Of a stretch of 64,000 bases of DNA, positions 1-12,712 are shown in pieces; the stretch's first letter is position 1; every line of letters begins with the position of its first letter. This stretch comes from the human T2T-CHM13v2.0 reference genome, Homo sapiens. The position numbers and the translations under genes were made by a program. The notes below the pieces were generated by a model that was not told the origin of the DNA, ran no database searches, and was given only the letters and a program-made list of their open reading frames with translations. The DNA lies in NCBI RefSeq assembly GCF_009914755.1, contig NC_060928.1; one strand, written 5' to 3'.

Positions 1-298
1 AAACTATATTCATAAAAATGCAAAAACATTATTTGTCTCTTTCACTCCTAATCTTACATGAGAGCAAAGTGAGTTTTTCACAGTCCATTTGAAGCGTGAG
101 ATGCAATAGGCTGAATGTAGAAGCAGACATAAAAATCTACCTGTCATCTTAGCCAGGGAGGCTTGCAAAGTGTAAAACAGTGTAAGTCTTCTCATTAAAT
201 ATATTTATTCTGTAAAATCTAATTTTTATAAATAAAAAATGAGTTTACTATTGTCATTTCAAACAAATTTATGACTCACTTTTAATATTCTCCATTAA

Positions 299-812
<514 letters not shown>

Positions 813-1871
813 TGCTTAATTCTCAATAATTTTTAAGAGTATAAAGAAGTATGGAAACCAAAAGTTTGAGATCTTCCTGATTCGTTGGCACTAAAATTAT
901 TAGTTCCTATCATTAAGTGTTTCCTAAAACTGAGTATCCAGGTTTCTGTAAAGTAATAAGCAAAATAAAATTTGAACATAGACTTTAATCCTGAAAGAAC
1001 TTTTTTCTATTTTTCTATAATATATGTATGCCTTACTACTGAATCTTCCATGTTTACTTATATTTCATGTCTACCAGATGAAATAAAAAATAGATGATGC
1101 TTTATAATTGGTGACAGCAAAGTCTCTTCAAAATACTCTGGTATAGAGTGTTTGTTGGTATAGAGTGCAAATAGATTATTAAAGTATGTATTTATTGATT
1201 GATTGTAAATTTGTGAATAGAATATTGTTGGATGAAAGAATGGCACTTGATAAACCATAGAGAAGGACTGAAGTTCAGCAATTTCTTGTAATGCATCTGG
1301 ACATTATTTCTTAAAACACTATAAAGTCTAATTTTACAGAATTGACTTGACAAGGAATATAACATTGTGATTAGGATGAAAATTGTTTCTGTCTCTATGT
1401 AAGTGAGCATTGATATGTTTTCATTTTAAACTTGGAAAAAATTGATTTTTTTCTTTCCCTATTTAAAATAAAATGCATTCCCCTTTCCTTTTCACATGCG
1501 CCTCAATTCTATATAGTGGTTCTTTGAAAACTAATTTTTTGGGGGATACCCTTTTCCCTATAACAAGATCTAGCCTTTTTGTCAATAAAATAATAATTCC
1601 CAATTAATTAGCATTTTTATGTTGATGGTCTCTAGATACCTCGTAGAAAATTAGGATGCATTATGAAAACAATCATAAAACCTGTTTAATAATTGTTACA
1701 AATACAGTTTTTTACTATAGATGTTAGTAGTAAAATAATGAAAAATAGTAGCAAAATTTGGTGTAGTCTACTAATTCTTTTTACTTAAAAGTTGTTACTC
1801 TAAAAATCATTCTTTCTTGTTTTACACACACAAGTAAAGCAATATTTTCTAATTAAGAGTACATTTTTTTT

Positions 1872-2720
1872 TTACTTGACATCTCCACTTGGATAGCTAA
1901 TTGGAGTTTTAAACTTCACATGGCCTAAGAAAAACAAATTAGTTTGTTCTCTGGCTATTCTCATCCACATGATTGCTTACGCTAAAACCTACAAAATATC
2001 TTGATTCCTGTTTTTTTTTTTCCCAAAATTTAATTCATCAGAAACTACTGTCCACTCTACCTTCAAAATACACTGTCATCCCAATCCCAGACACCATCAC
2101 TTTTTTGTATTTCAATAGCTTCCTAGTTGTAATCTTTGCTGTCACTATTTACTCATTTTGCAAAACATAAATTATCACCCCTCCTTTCTGATTTAAAATA
2201 GTTCAGCTGCATCCCAGTTGCATGTAAAAGCCAAACTCCAAACAACAGTCTGTTGGGCCTCCCAAAAGCCCTTGCCTCCTGCTCTAAGTTAATTTCCCAC
2301 TAACTGTGTCTTCATCTTATTGACTACACTCCAGCCATTATGGCCTTCTTTTGTATCTTTATTCTTGAATTCTGGAATTCTTTTTGTTACTTTTGTCTGA
2401 AATTTCTGTTCTCAGCTCTCTACTTGGCACTGTCTTTCTCCTGTCTCCACTTTAATGTTACTTCCTCAAAGAGGCTTTCCCCGGTTCTCAATATGAAGTC
2501 ATCTCAGTCACAGATATTCTCTAATTTTTCATTTGTTTTCTTCATAATTTTAAACATTACTTGAAATTATCTTGTCCATTTTTGTTTCACTTACAATTTC
2601 CCCTCTATAATAGAGTACAATATCTGAGAGTATAGGCCTTGTCTGTTTTATTTACCATTGAAGCCGTGGCCTAAAATAGTGCCAGACATACAGTACACAA
2701 TAAATATTTGCTGAGTTAAC
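1872..2720 (+). mobile_element. L2 (L2a-like) 3' fragment
   Basis: ttgacatctccacttggatagctaat matches L2 ORF2. Ends in the L2 3' terminus atagtgccagacatacagtacacaataaatatttgctgag. Confidence 0.8.
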
Positions 2721-3189
2721 AACAGATAAAAAGAATAAATGTTTTTATTTATATAATGTGTCAAAGAATCAAGAAAAACATGATATAAAGTTGTTTTATG
2801 TGCATGAATGTTATGTTGAATTTTGCAATTTAGTAAATCACCCAGCATTTCAACATTTTTAGAAATTAGTGAATTGACATGATAAACCAAATAAGCAACA
2901 TATTCAGTTAAATAACAAATATGTTAATAAATTGATTTGGCTATCTTTTTCTTCTTTAAGATGCAAATGAAACTTACAGAAAAAAATAACCAATATGAAT
3001 TTCTGATACTGGAGATCATTCTAATCAAACACATTTCAAAGATAAGAAAGAATTATCCTCTGAGATTATTTTGATGCACCTAGATAAAATTACAGATGTA
3101 ATTGCCTATCTAATAATTTATGATAACTACTTATATACAAGTTTTGGCTATTCTTTATATTAAACTCATATTTTTTTCAGTGAATTTTA

Positions 3190-3545
<356 letters not shown>

Positions 3546-3584
3546 TTATGAACTGTCACTACAGAGTTTAAGCTTACACTGTGT

Positions 3585-3841
3585 ATACCATGTATACACA
3601 TACTATATAATATATAATATATATAGTATATATATATACTATATAATATATAATACTATATAATATATAATTATATATATTATATATTATATATATAATA
3701 GTATATATAATTATATATTATATAGTATATAGTATATATAGTATAATATATATTATATGATATATAAATATATATTATATATATAGTATAATATAATATA
3801 TATTATACTATATATACTATATACTATATAATATATAATAT
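3585..3841. repeat. (TA)n-rich low-complexity tract containing a perfect inverted repeat
   Basis: Almost pure A/T. 3710-3758 is the exact reverse complement of 3791-3839. Confidence 0.95.
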
Positions 3842-4189
3842 GGTTCCATGAAGACCAAGAAACTAGGAGTAAGGTAACTTAGGTTCTCATTCTAGTCTCA
3901 CTACTGTGATTTACTAGCAAATTTAACATATATGGATAATAAACGTAGATATAGAAATAACTGCATATAACCTGTATAGTGCTTTCTCCTAGGGAATAGA
4001 ACTACTAGGGGTGGGTTAAAAATAGCAATGTGAATAAAAGACTTTCATTTTTTATTGATATGATGTATACTATTTATTTTTATTTCAACAATTATGTATT
4101 TTGTTGGAAAGAAATGAGAAAAAGTTAAGTCCAGATTATTTTAATGTGGCTTCTTATTTAAATTATGTTATAAACCAGAAGGTAGACTG

Positions 4190-5245
4190 TGATAAATTGA
4201 AGCTGAATAAAATCAATCCTAAAGAAACCACTAAAATAACCACTCAATTTGCCAACCAAGGAGATAAAGTAGATTTATGACAAATATTTTTTCAATCCAA
4301 AAGAATGCAGACAAAAATGAAAAGGGGAGGAAACAGATGGGAAAATAGAAAACAAATAGCAAAATGGCAGACACAAACCTAACAATATCAATAATCAAAT
4401 TAAATGTAAATGGGTTAAACAACCCAATTAGAAGTCAGAGATTGTCAGAGTGAACAAAAAAGTAAGACTCAGCTATATGTTGCCTGCAATAAAAGCACTT
4501 TTAATGTAAAGACACAAATAGATTAACAGGAAAATAGTGAAAAAAAAGTATAGCATTCTAACAAAAGTCAAAAGAAAGCTGAGATGGCTGCAATTAGTTT
4601 TTTGTTATGAGTAATACAGATATTAACACTCATCTAGACTTTTTTGTTGACATACGTTTTACTTATATTAAATAAATACCTAGGAGTGGAAAATTTCTAT
4701 ATTATAGATCTTACCTCTAGAAATTAATAGGGAATAAAGCAAATTAAATTCAGAAGAAGAGGAAAGAAAATAATAAAGATTAATGTGGTCATTAGTGAAC
4801 TAGAACACAGAAAAGCAATAGAGAAAAAAATCAATAAAACCAAAAGCTGTTTTTTAGCAATTTAAAAAAAGTTCATGGATTTCTAGTGAGACTGGTCTTG
4901 AAACAAAAAGAGAAGACACAAGTTACCAATAAAAGAAAAGGCATCACTTCAAATACTAAAGATATTAAATAGATAGGAATAAAATATTATCAACAACTCT
5001 ATACCAAAATTCAACTATTTATACAAAATGAAAACTTTTCTTGAAAGACTCAAATTATGAAAGCTCACTCAAGAGTATACTAACCTGAGCAGAACCCCCA
5101 CAGAATCCATAATTTTGATAGATTTTACCCAATATTTAATTAAAAAGTAATACGATTGAATAAAACTCTTCCACAAAAATAAAACAGAGACACTACTTTG
5201 CAATTTCCTTTATGAAGCCAGAATTACTCTGATACCAACACCAAA
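4190..5245 (+). mobile_element. Old L1 (L1M) ORF2 5' region fragments
   Basis: atatcaataatcaaattaaatgtaaatgggttaaacaacccaatt (endonuclease start, ITLNVNGLN-like), then later ORF2 pieces such as tatgaagccagaattactctgatacca. Confidence 0.75.
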
Positions 5246-6164
5246 GATGAATACATATAAAAACATACGTAGATATAAAGACATATATATATATATATAA
5301 AGACATATATATATACACACTAATATTTCACGAATGGGTAACTATGCAGTTTGAAGATCAGAATCAAAAAGTGCTCATCTAAAGTAACTTAGAAGATATT
5401 GGGCTCTGGAAATTGACTAGATACCCAAAAAGTATATTTTATAATGATAAATACACTACTGAAAAGGATGCTGACTTTTTCATGAAATGTGAGTAGTAAA
5501 AAGTAATATTTATAAATTAACATTTATAAAATGTGTGATTTTAAGTATGTATATTCAATTGTCACAAATTATAGGAGGACATTTGGTGATTTAGTTTGTC
5601 TCTCTAAATACTAATTTCATCAAGTCAGCTGATTTCAAGTTTCATAAAGATAATGGGAATATTCCCTTATTCTCTCGATAACCTTATACTTAACAATACA
5701 TCATATTTCTCTTAGTTATGCAGATGAACAAATTCTCTCTGGGCATAACTGTGTGTTAACAATGTCCTATAATCTTTACCAAATCTGTGCCTCAGCATCA
5801 GAGTTCAAGTACATATTTGAGATGCATTTTATCCTAGCTAGAAAATCTAATATGTCTTAAATGGATCGATATAAAGAAACATAAAATGCTAAACTCAAGT
5901 GTTTAGTGTTTCTGCAGACATTATTAATGACTGGATCACATTAGCATAATCAGTTATTCTCAGTTTTCAGCCCTAAATTTTTCTTTAAACCATGATCATA
6001 TTCATACCTTACAAGAGTGCCAGACACATGGTAGTTTGCCAATCCACTATTCAGTTGAGTTAAATCATCTTTTTAAATCACCAAACACTTTACTCAGACT
6101 TTCATTTCCATCACTATAAAATATCTGAACTCAGACCAAATCAACAACATTTAGAGTAGATAAT

Positions 6165-6360
6165 CTATTAGTGCCTATTGCAAGGTCCAATTTAAAGCTG
6201 TACATATAATTAATATATATCAATTAATCTTCACAACAAATCTAAAAGGTAGATACTATCATCCCATATTATGGATGAGGAAATTGAGGCACAGTATTTA
6301 AGCAGCTTGCCTGGAGTCACGCAGCCTGTAAACAGTGCAGTCTGACGCTAGAGCTCACAC
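6165..6360 (-). mobile_element. MIR
   Basis: MIR core: aatcttcacaacaaatctaaaaggtagatactatcatcccatattatggatgaggaaattgaggcacag. Confidence 0.8.
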
Positions 6361-7799
6361 AGCCATAGTCACGAGGCATATAGCCTGCTGGCTAGAGCGG
6401 CTCAGCACCTACCTGTTCCCTGACAGCCAGGCAGCAAAAGTGCCTCACATTCTATCTTGGTATACTTGTAAAGTGCCCATGTCCTGGGCCTTCAGGGTAG
6501 CTTACAAACAGAAAAATGTCAACTCTGAGAAAGTGAGAGAACACTTTTAAGTGTATGTACTTGCTGAAATACTCCTAGATGTCGAGGCCCAAAAGACATA
6601 TCTCCTATCTGTTTCTCATATTCTATTGTATTTGAGTCAGCAAAAATGTATAGTATACAAGGGCAAAGAGTATTGTAACAAAATTTTCACACTTGCATTT
6701 TAAGTGTAAAAAGTCTACATTGCCTGAGACAAGAATTCTAAACTAGTCCCAATGAGATTTCATAGTGATAAAACTGACACAATGTCCAAATCTGCATTTC
6801 CAGAATAGCTCCTCCTCACCACAACGCATGCACATATTACTGCCAAATCAGTACACAAGTTTAACATTAGTCTTACATTAATAGAGATCTGACTGATTCT
6901 GTCGTTTGTTCTGCAAATTGCAAATCAGCCTTAACTAACAAAATATTCATTATTAATACTAGTAAAGAAATACCCTGGCTCTGTACAATCATTTATTAGA
7001 TACTGTGTGCTCATATCTTTACACCTGAAGGTCAGTAAAAATTTTACATAAGGGAGCAGGAGAAAAAAATTGAATAAAGTCCCTCTATATAGAATGTTAG
7101 CACATTGTAGTTGCTTTCCTCTTTTAATAGCTAAAGGGAGAAAAAGAAATTTTAGGTAAAGTCTTATTGAGCTAAGAAGAAGGAATTCAATAGAATATCA
7201 AAAGAGGAGGTATTTTATGTGCCAATTTTATTTCTAAAATTAAAATTACACAACCCTCCTCACCCACACACATATTCATATACACACAGACATATTCCTT
7301 GTATGCAAAGATTATAAAACAGATGGCAAAATTAGAACTTAAAATATCGAATAAGTTAACAGTAAATTATAGTATAAAAGTTTCCCCAAGCTAGTTAATA
7401 TTTACATGTTAAATGATTAAGATAAATTCTTTGAGTAAGGGGATCATGGAACTGGGATCATAATAGAAGACAACATTATTAAACATTTAATGTCAAGCCT
7501 GAAAAATATTGAACGTAATTATTTACCTCAAGATCAAATGCCAAGCAAATGAAGCTTCTATGGAAAGAAAATATTCAGCCTTCCTTACCTGAGAAAATGG
7601 TCTTGTTTTAGAAAACAAGATTACAATTTTCTTTTTTTACATTAATGTACACTTCTTTATTTCAATAATTGCATAATACAAAATCAGGAATGTTATGGCC
7701 CTACATCTTTGGAATATGTATTTTTCTCATGGAATAGAATAGCATTATTTGTATTTCATGTTCTTTAATAAACTAGTACAATAGTCTTCATATTAAAAT

Positions 7800-8500
7800 T
7801 GAAGAGATTTGTTATTTTATTTTCATGTATTTTATATTTTTGTAGTCATGATCAAAAGATAATTTTTATTATTTTCTAAAATTCTAAATAACTGTTTTGG
7901 GAGGTATATGTATTTTGCATCTAGCATCTTTACTGACTGTCTTATTAACTCTTAGAGCTTTCTTGTTTTATTTTAATATCTCTAAATGATGGTAGCATCT
8001 CCTTTCTGTTTATATCTTTTTTAAAAAATCATTCTGTATTTACCAGTTTTTCCAAAATATTTCTTTTTTACTTTAAGAGAGTCACTTTAATGTTTGCTAT
8101 TAAATGTGATATTCAACTATTCGGCTTTTGGGCTAAAATATTCTTTTCATGTTAAGAAATTATCTTTCATCTAAATTCATCCAGGTTTACGAAGAGTTTT
8201 TAATAGATGAAAACATGGTGAATTTTTCTCGTGTCCTCTTGAAACTACTTGAAGTGATTTTGATTTTTCTCCTTTGATCCACTCCATGCAGTATTTGATT
8301 AATAGGTACCCTGAGATTATACTTTTGAGAGTTCTTAAATAAGACAAAATGTATTTTTCTTAATTTCTGAAATGGATTGAATAACATTTTATTGGGGAAT
8401 TTTGTATCCATTTTCATGTTATACTGGTCAGAAATTTTCTTTTTTATGTTGCTGTGAATTTTTGTAATCAGTCTGAAGATAATTCTGTAAATAAATGAAC
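7800..8500 (-). mobile_element. Old L1 (L1M/L1ME) ORF2 fragment
   Basis: T-rich, degraded antisense L1 motifs, e.g. attttattggggaattttgtatccattttcat and ggtcagaaattttctttttt. Confidence 0.55.
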
Positions 8501-8689
8501 TGAGTTCCTAGTTAGTCTCCAGATTCATATATCTGGTCTTTCTTCTTCATCAGTGCATGGAACTACTCCAGTCCAGTGTGTCCGCGATCTGATTGGTAAA
8601 TAAACCCCTTTCATCTTTCCTGTATTTGAGCTTTGTATATTGTTTGACAGTATGGAAAACCTTTTACTTTTTGATTCTTGATTTCCTCT

Positions 8690-9380
8690 AGACTCTCTTT
8701 TCTTCTTTGGGAATTTTTGTGAATTTACATTAAAAGTCTGTTTTGTCTGCCAACCCCTTAAATATGAATTTCTCCCAAAGCACAGTCCAGCACAAATTCT
8801 AATACTACTTGTTCTCCCTGGGCAATCTCATCCAATCCCATAACCTCAATTTTTGGTGGTATCTCTATATTTCTATATCTGTGTCTCTAAAATGTCTTCC
8901 CCCTGGGTTCCCATTCTGCATATACAACTTCACCACGAACATCTTTACTGACAAATTCCAGGGCATTTAAAACTCAGAAGATTCTTCCTACTATTCCTCT
9001 TTTGATGTCTCTCATCTCCCATCCACTCTATTTTCCAAGGCTGAAACCTGAGTTCACTTCCTTCATCTTGTTTAACCCAAGCAAATCCAGTTGGTGACCA
9101 AACCATTTGACTTCCATCTTACGAACATTTCTAACTTCTGTCTTTTCCGCTCCATGTCTACTACCACTAAGAATCCAAATTCTTTTTCTTCAAATTTACT
9201 AGACTTTCCTATCGTTTTCTATCAAGTCTTCTTTTCTCCAATGCTCTCATGCCCAATGTATACTTCTTATTTTCACAATAATAATTTGTCTAAAATTCTA
9301 CTTTGATCATATCATCCACTAATATATAATACTTAATCCCTTAAAGAGTTCCCAGTAACTCACAAGTAAAAGTTCAATTC
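8690..9380 (+). mobile_element. L2 fragment
   Basis: ccctgggcaatctcatccaatcccat and gggcatttaaaactcag resemble the L2 RT region. Confidence 0.65.
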
Positions 9381-9609
9381 GAAGTGGTTTGCAAAAATAC
9401 ATATTGTAAGAGAAAACAAATGGAAGTAATCATGTCATGAGTAAAATAATAATTCAAAAATTTTATAATTTAGAGGAAAATTAATTCATACAGATGCAGA
9501 GACAGTATTCAAATTTGGCTGTAAGCTTCCAAGCAGCCAAAAGAATATTATACATAATATTGAGACCTTTTTAAATAAAATTAATTTTTTCTTAGAAGAA
9601 GTAGTTTTC

Positions 9610-9907
9610 GGCCAGGCGTGGGGGCTCACGCCTGTAATCCCAGCAATTTGGGAGGCCGAGGCTGGCTGATCACAAGGTCAAGAGATCGAGACCATCCTGG
9701 CCAACACGGTGAAACCCCGTCTGTACTAAAAATACAAAAAAAAATTAGCTGGGCATGGTGGTGGGCACCTGTAGTCCCTAGCTCAGGAGGCTGAGGCAGG
9801 AGAATGGTGTGAACCCACCAGGCAGAGCTTGCAGTGAGCCGAGATCACATCACTGCACTCCAGCCTGGGCGACAGAGCGAGACTCCGTCTCAGAAAAAAA
9901 AAAAAAA
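9610..9907 (+). mobile_element. Alu, full length (AluSc/AluY-like)
   Basis: Dimeric Alu with poly-A. TSD agtagttttc. Confidence 0.95.
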
Positions 9908-9933
9908 GTAGTAGTTTTCTTGAGGTTCTTTAC

Positions 9934-10117
9934 TTTTTTTTTTTTTTTTGTCTTTTTTGGTGACAGGGTCTTGCTCTGTCTCCCAGACTGGAGTGCAGTG
10001 GCATGATCTTGGCTCACTGCAGTCCTGACGTCCCAGGCTCAAGTGATCCTCCCAACCAGGGCACAGCTCAGTTTTTGTATTTTTCATAGAGACGGGGTTC
10101 TGCTGTGTTGTTCAGGT
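9934..10117 (-). mobile_element. AluJ-like, truncated and internally deleted
   Basis: Poly-T, then gacagggtcttgctctgt and ggctcaagtgatcctccc. Part of the right arm is missing and the left arm is truncated. Confidence 0.85.
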
Positions 10118-10121
10118 TTAC

Positions 10122-10360
10122 ATTTTTTTATTTTTAATTTTTGTGGGTACATAGTAGGTGTATATGTTTATGGGGTACATGAGATATTTAGCTACAGGCA
10201 TACAATGCATAATAATGACAACAGGTAAATGGGGTATCCATCACCTCAAGCATCTAACCTTTCTTTGTGTTACAAACAATCCAATTGTACTCTTTTAGTT
10301 ACTTTTTAATGTACAATAAATTATTATTGACTGTAGTCATCCCATTGTGCTATCAAATGT
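10122..10360 (-). mobile_element. L1MA (L1MA2/3-like) 3' end
   Basis: gtgggtacatagtaggtgtatatgtttatggggtacatgagat and aatggggtatccatcacctcaagc are typical of an antisense L1MA 3'UTR. Confidence 0.85.
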
Positions 10361-12599
10361 ACTGTATCCAAAGAGAAATTTCTCTCATGAGTCCACACAA
10401 AGCCAAAGTTATGTTATATAACGGTCAATGTTTTCAAAATAGCTCCACAATAAAATGCAATGTTTGGTATGACATAATGTCAATGTGAAATTCTCTAAGA
10501 ATAAATGATCTCAGAAGGAGCCAAGGCAATGTAGTTTAAGTACTTGGCATTTTGGTTCTCTGATGAGCCAGTTTAATGCAGGGATAAAATGTAATGTCTT
10601 TAGAATATTCTGTAGGACATTGTATATATCCTGCAAGCAATGCTCAATGAAAGTTATCAAACTTTTATTAAGATTTAGACAGCTGCAAATATGGGGTTAT
10701 ACTTTCCAGCAGCTGCCTGCAGTACAAAGTTTTTATGGTTTTAATTAAGGATGGATTTATTGTCCTTGATGTTGAACTTGAAAGTGTGGTAAGATTTAAA
10801 AGGACACATGTTCTTTTTTTTAATTAGGAAGACAAATTGACTTGTATCTGAACAGATTACTTTTTAATTCCCTACAGAATGTATCAAAGTGAGTACCTGC
10901 AGACAAGGTCAATATTTTCCTCAGAAAATAGTTTGGGGTTATTCCAACATTATAATTAGTAAATTGGAAAAAAGCCATAATATACAAAATATGAAAAATA
11001 GAAACAAGAAAGGCATAAATGTAATACCTTACAGAAGTAATTAATGATGACAGGCATGTAGGTTCTAAAAATTTTCATGTATTCTCCATCACTTTCTTAT
11101 TTTTCTACTGAAGTATTTTCTTTTTTGTTTCAAAATCTCTAAAATTCAACACTTCTAATCCATGTGTTTTTCTCTCTCCCATTACCTTCCAAGATCAGTA
11201 CATTGAATTTACAACAGGTCATCAACTTTCTTGCAGGCATGGCAGATGTGAGTAAGCTCACAGACATTAAACTCCCTATTTCATGGTTCACAAAAAGTTA
11301 TTTCTATCTTCTTAAAAAACAGCTAATGGCAAGACAAACATGCTGCTACCAGGCCATGCTGTGATGTAGTCAATAAATTTATTTACATAAACTTTGCTAA
11401 TTGCCTTTATAGCAATGGCCAAACCATTAAGAGGTTGCCTCATCTGCTGGGAGACTATTGAGGAACCTTAGGTTTATACCTTTCTAGGAAGAAAAAGGAA
11501 ACACCATTCCTTTAGAAAATTTGCCTTAGTTTCCAGCGTGATGGTGTAGATGATTTCTGACTTAGTGCATATTGATTATTAGGATGACCAAAATCCCAAA
11601 GTAGCTTTGCTACTCTAAGCTAAAAATAATGCTCCCAAATGCAATGTAAAGATTACGTCTATACTCATGAAGTGAAAGCTATATATTAAATTTGAAAGAA
11701 CACCCAATGTTGTTACTATATTTAATGTTTGGAAAATAAGTTCTTAGATTATGTTTTAGACTGAAAAACAAGGTTTCCAGCACACAGATTGAAAATATCA
11801 CTCACTTATTTATTGTCCTAGATCATCCTGCTATTTCTATGTCAAAGGCTTGATATGAGACTTAGTATCTAAATAGTACTATTTTACCAACCATATCAAC
11901 TAGCTTGTTTTAAAAGTTGTTTATTTTCTAAGTCATTGATGAGAGCTATAGTCTTGTGTTAAAATTTTTAAAGAGTATACCTCACAAGACACACTCTGTG
12001 CTACTAGCCCTTTAAACAAAGTTCATGCCATATGACAGAAATAAATAATGGGTTTGCAAATTACACCATCCAATTGGTCTCCTGCATATTTGGCTTTGTG
12101 TCCTTGGAGTGATTTTCAACATCATTAAGTGAAAAGCCCATCATTTCCCAAGTAACAAGGGATGAAGCACATACAGAGATTGACTTGGCGTGTGTTACAT
12201 AAACTTTCTGTTTTAGATTTGAAGAATTTACATAACACCGAAACAAAACAACACCCTGCAAACATATTTGTACAGTCAGTTAAATTTCTCTACAGTCCCA
12301 TTCTATAGTCAGCCCTGCCAAGGTTACTCTGGCTGTTAAATTTTATGACATAATTTTTAATACAGTAATATTTTTCACTTAATTTTTTAAATTTATTGAT
12401 GGTACTTAGAATTTTTGTCCTGCATAATAGATGCCTATCTGAAACTTGGGAAGACAGAAAATTATTTAACATATTAGAAACTATTTGTACAATTGTTCTG
12501 ATAATCAGTAAGTTTTGAAATAGCTACAACTCTCCTAGTCCAAAATTAATTTCAATAAAATTATATGAAGGCATTATTTCCATATGTGAATCTTACTTT

Positions 12600-12712
12600 T
12601 TTATATATACCATATTATATAGGCTGCTATATATAGAAATATATGTATATATATGCATATATATGTACATACATACATACATAAACATATATGTGTGTAT
12701 ATATACATATTC
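12600..12712. repeat. TA/CATA microsatellite-like tract
   Basis: Direct inspection. Confidence 0.8.

Noticed and set aside
141-209. Minus-strand exon-like segment (ttttacag| to ACAG|gtagat)
   Set aside because: Stops in all three frames from the acceptor and only a moderate donor. No supporting evidence.
12061-12261. 66-aa minus ORF (and 13465-13650) in unique DNA
   Set aside because: No recognisable homology, weak splice signals, and a length expected by chance.
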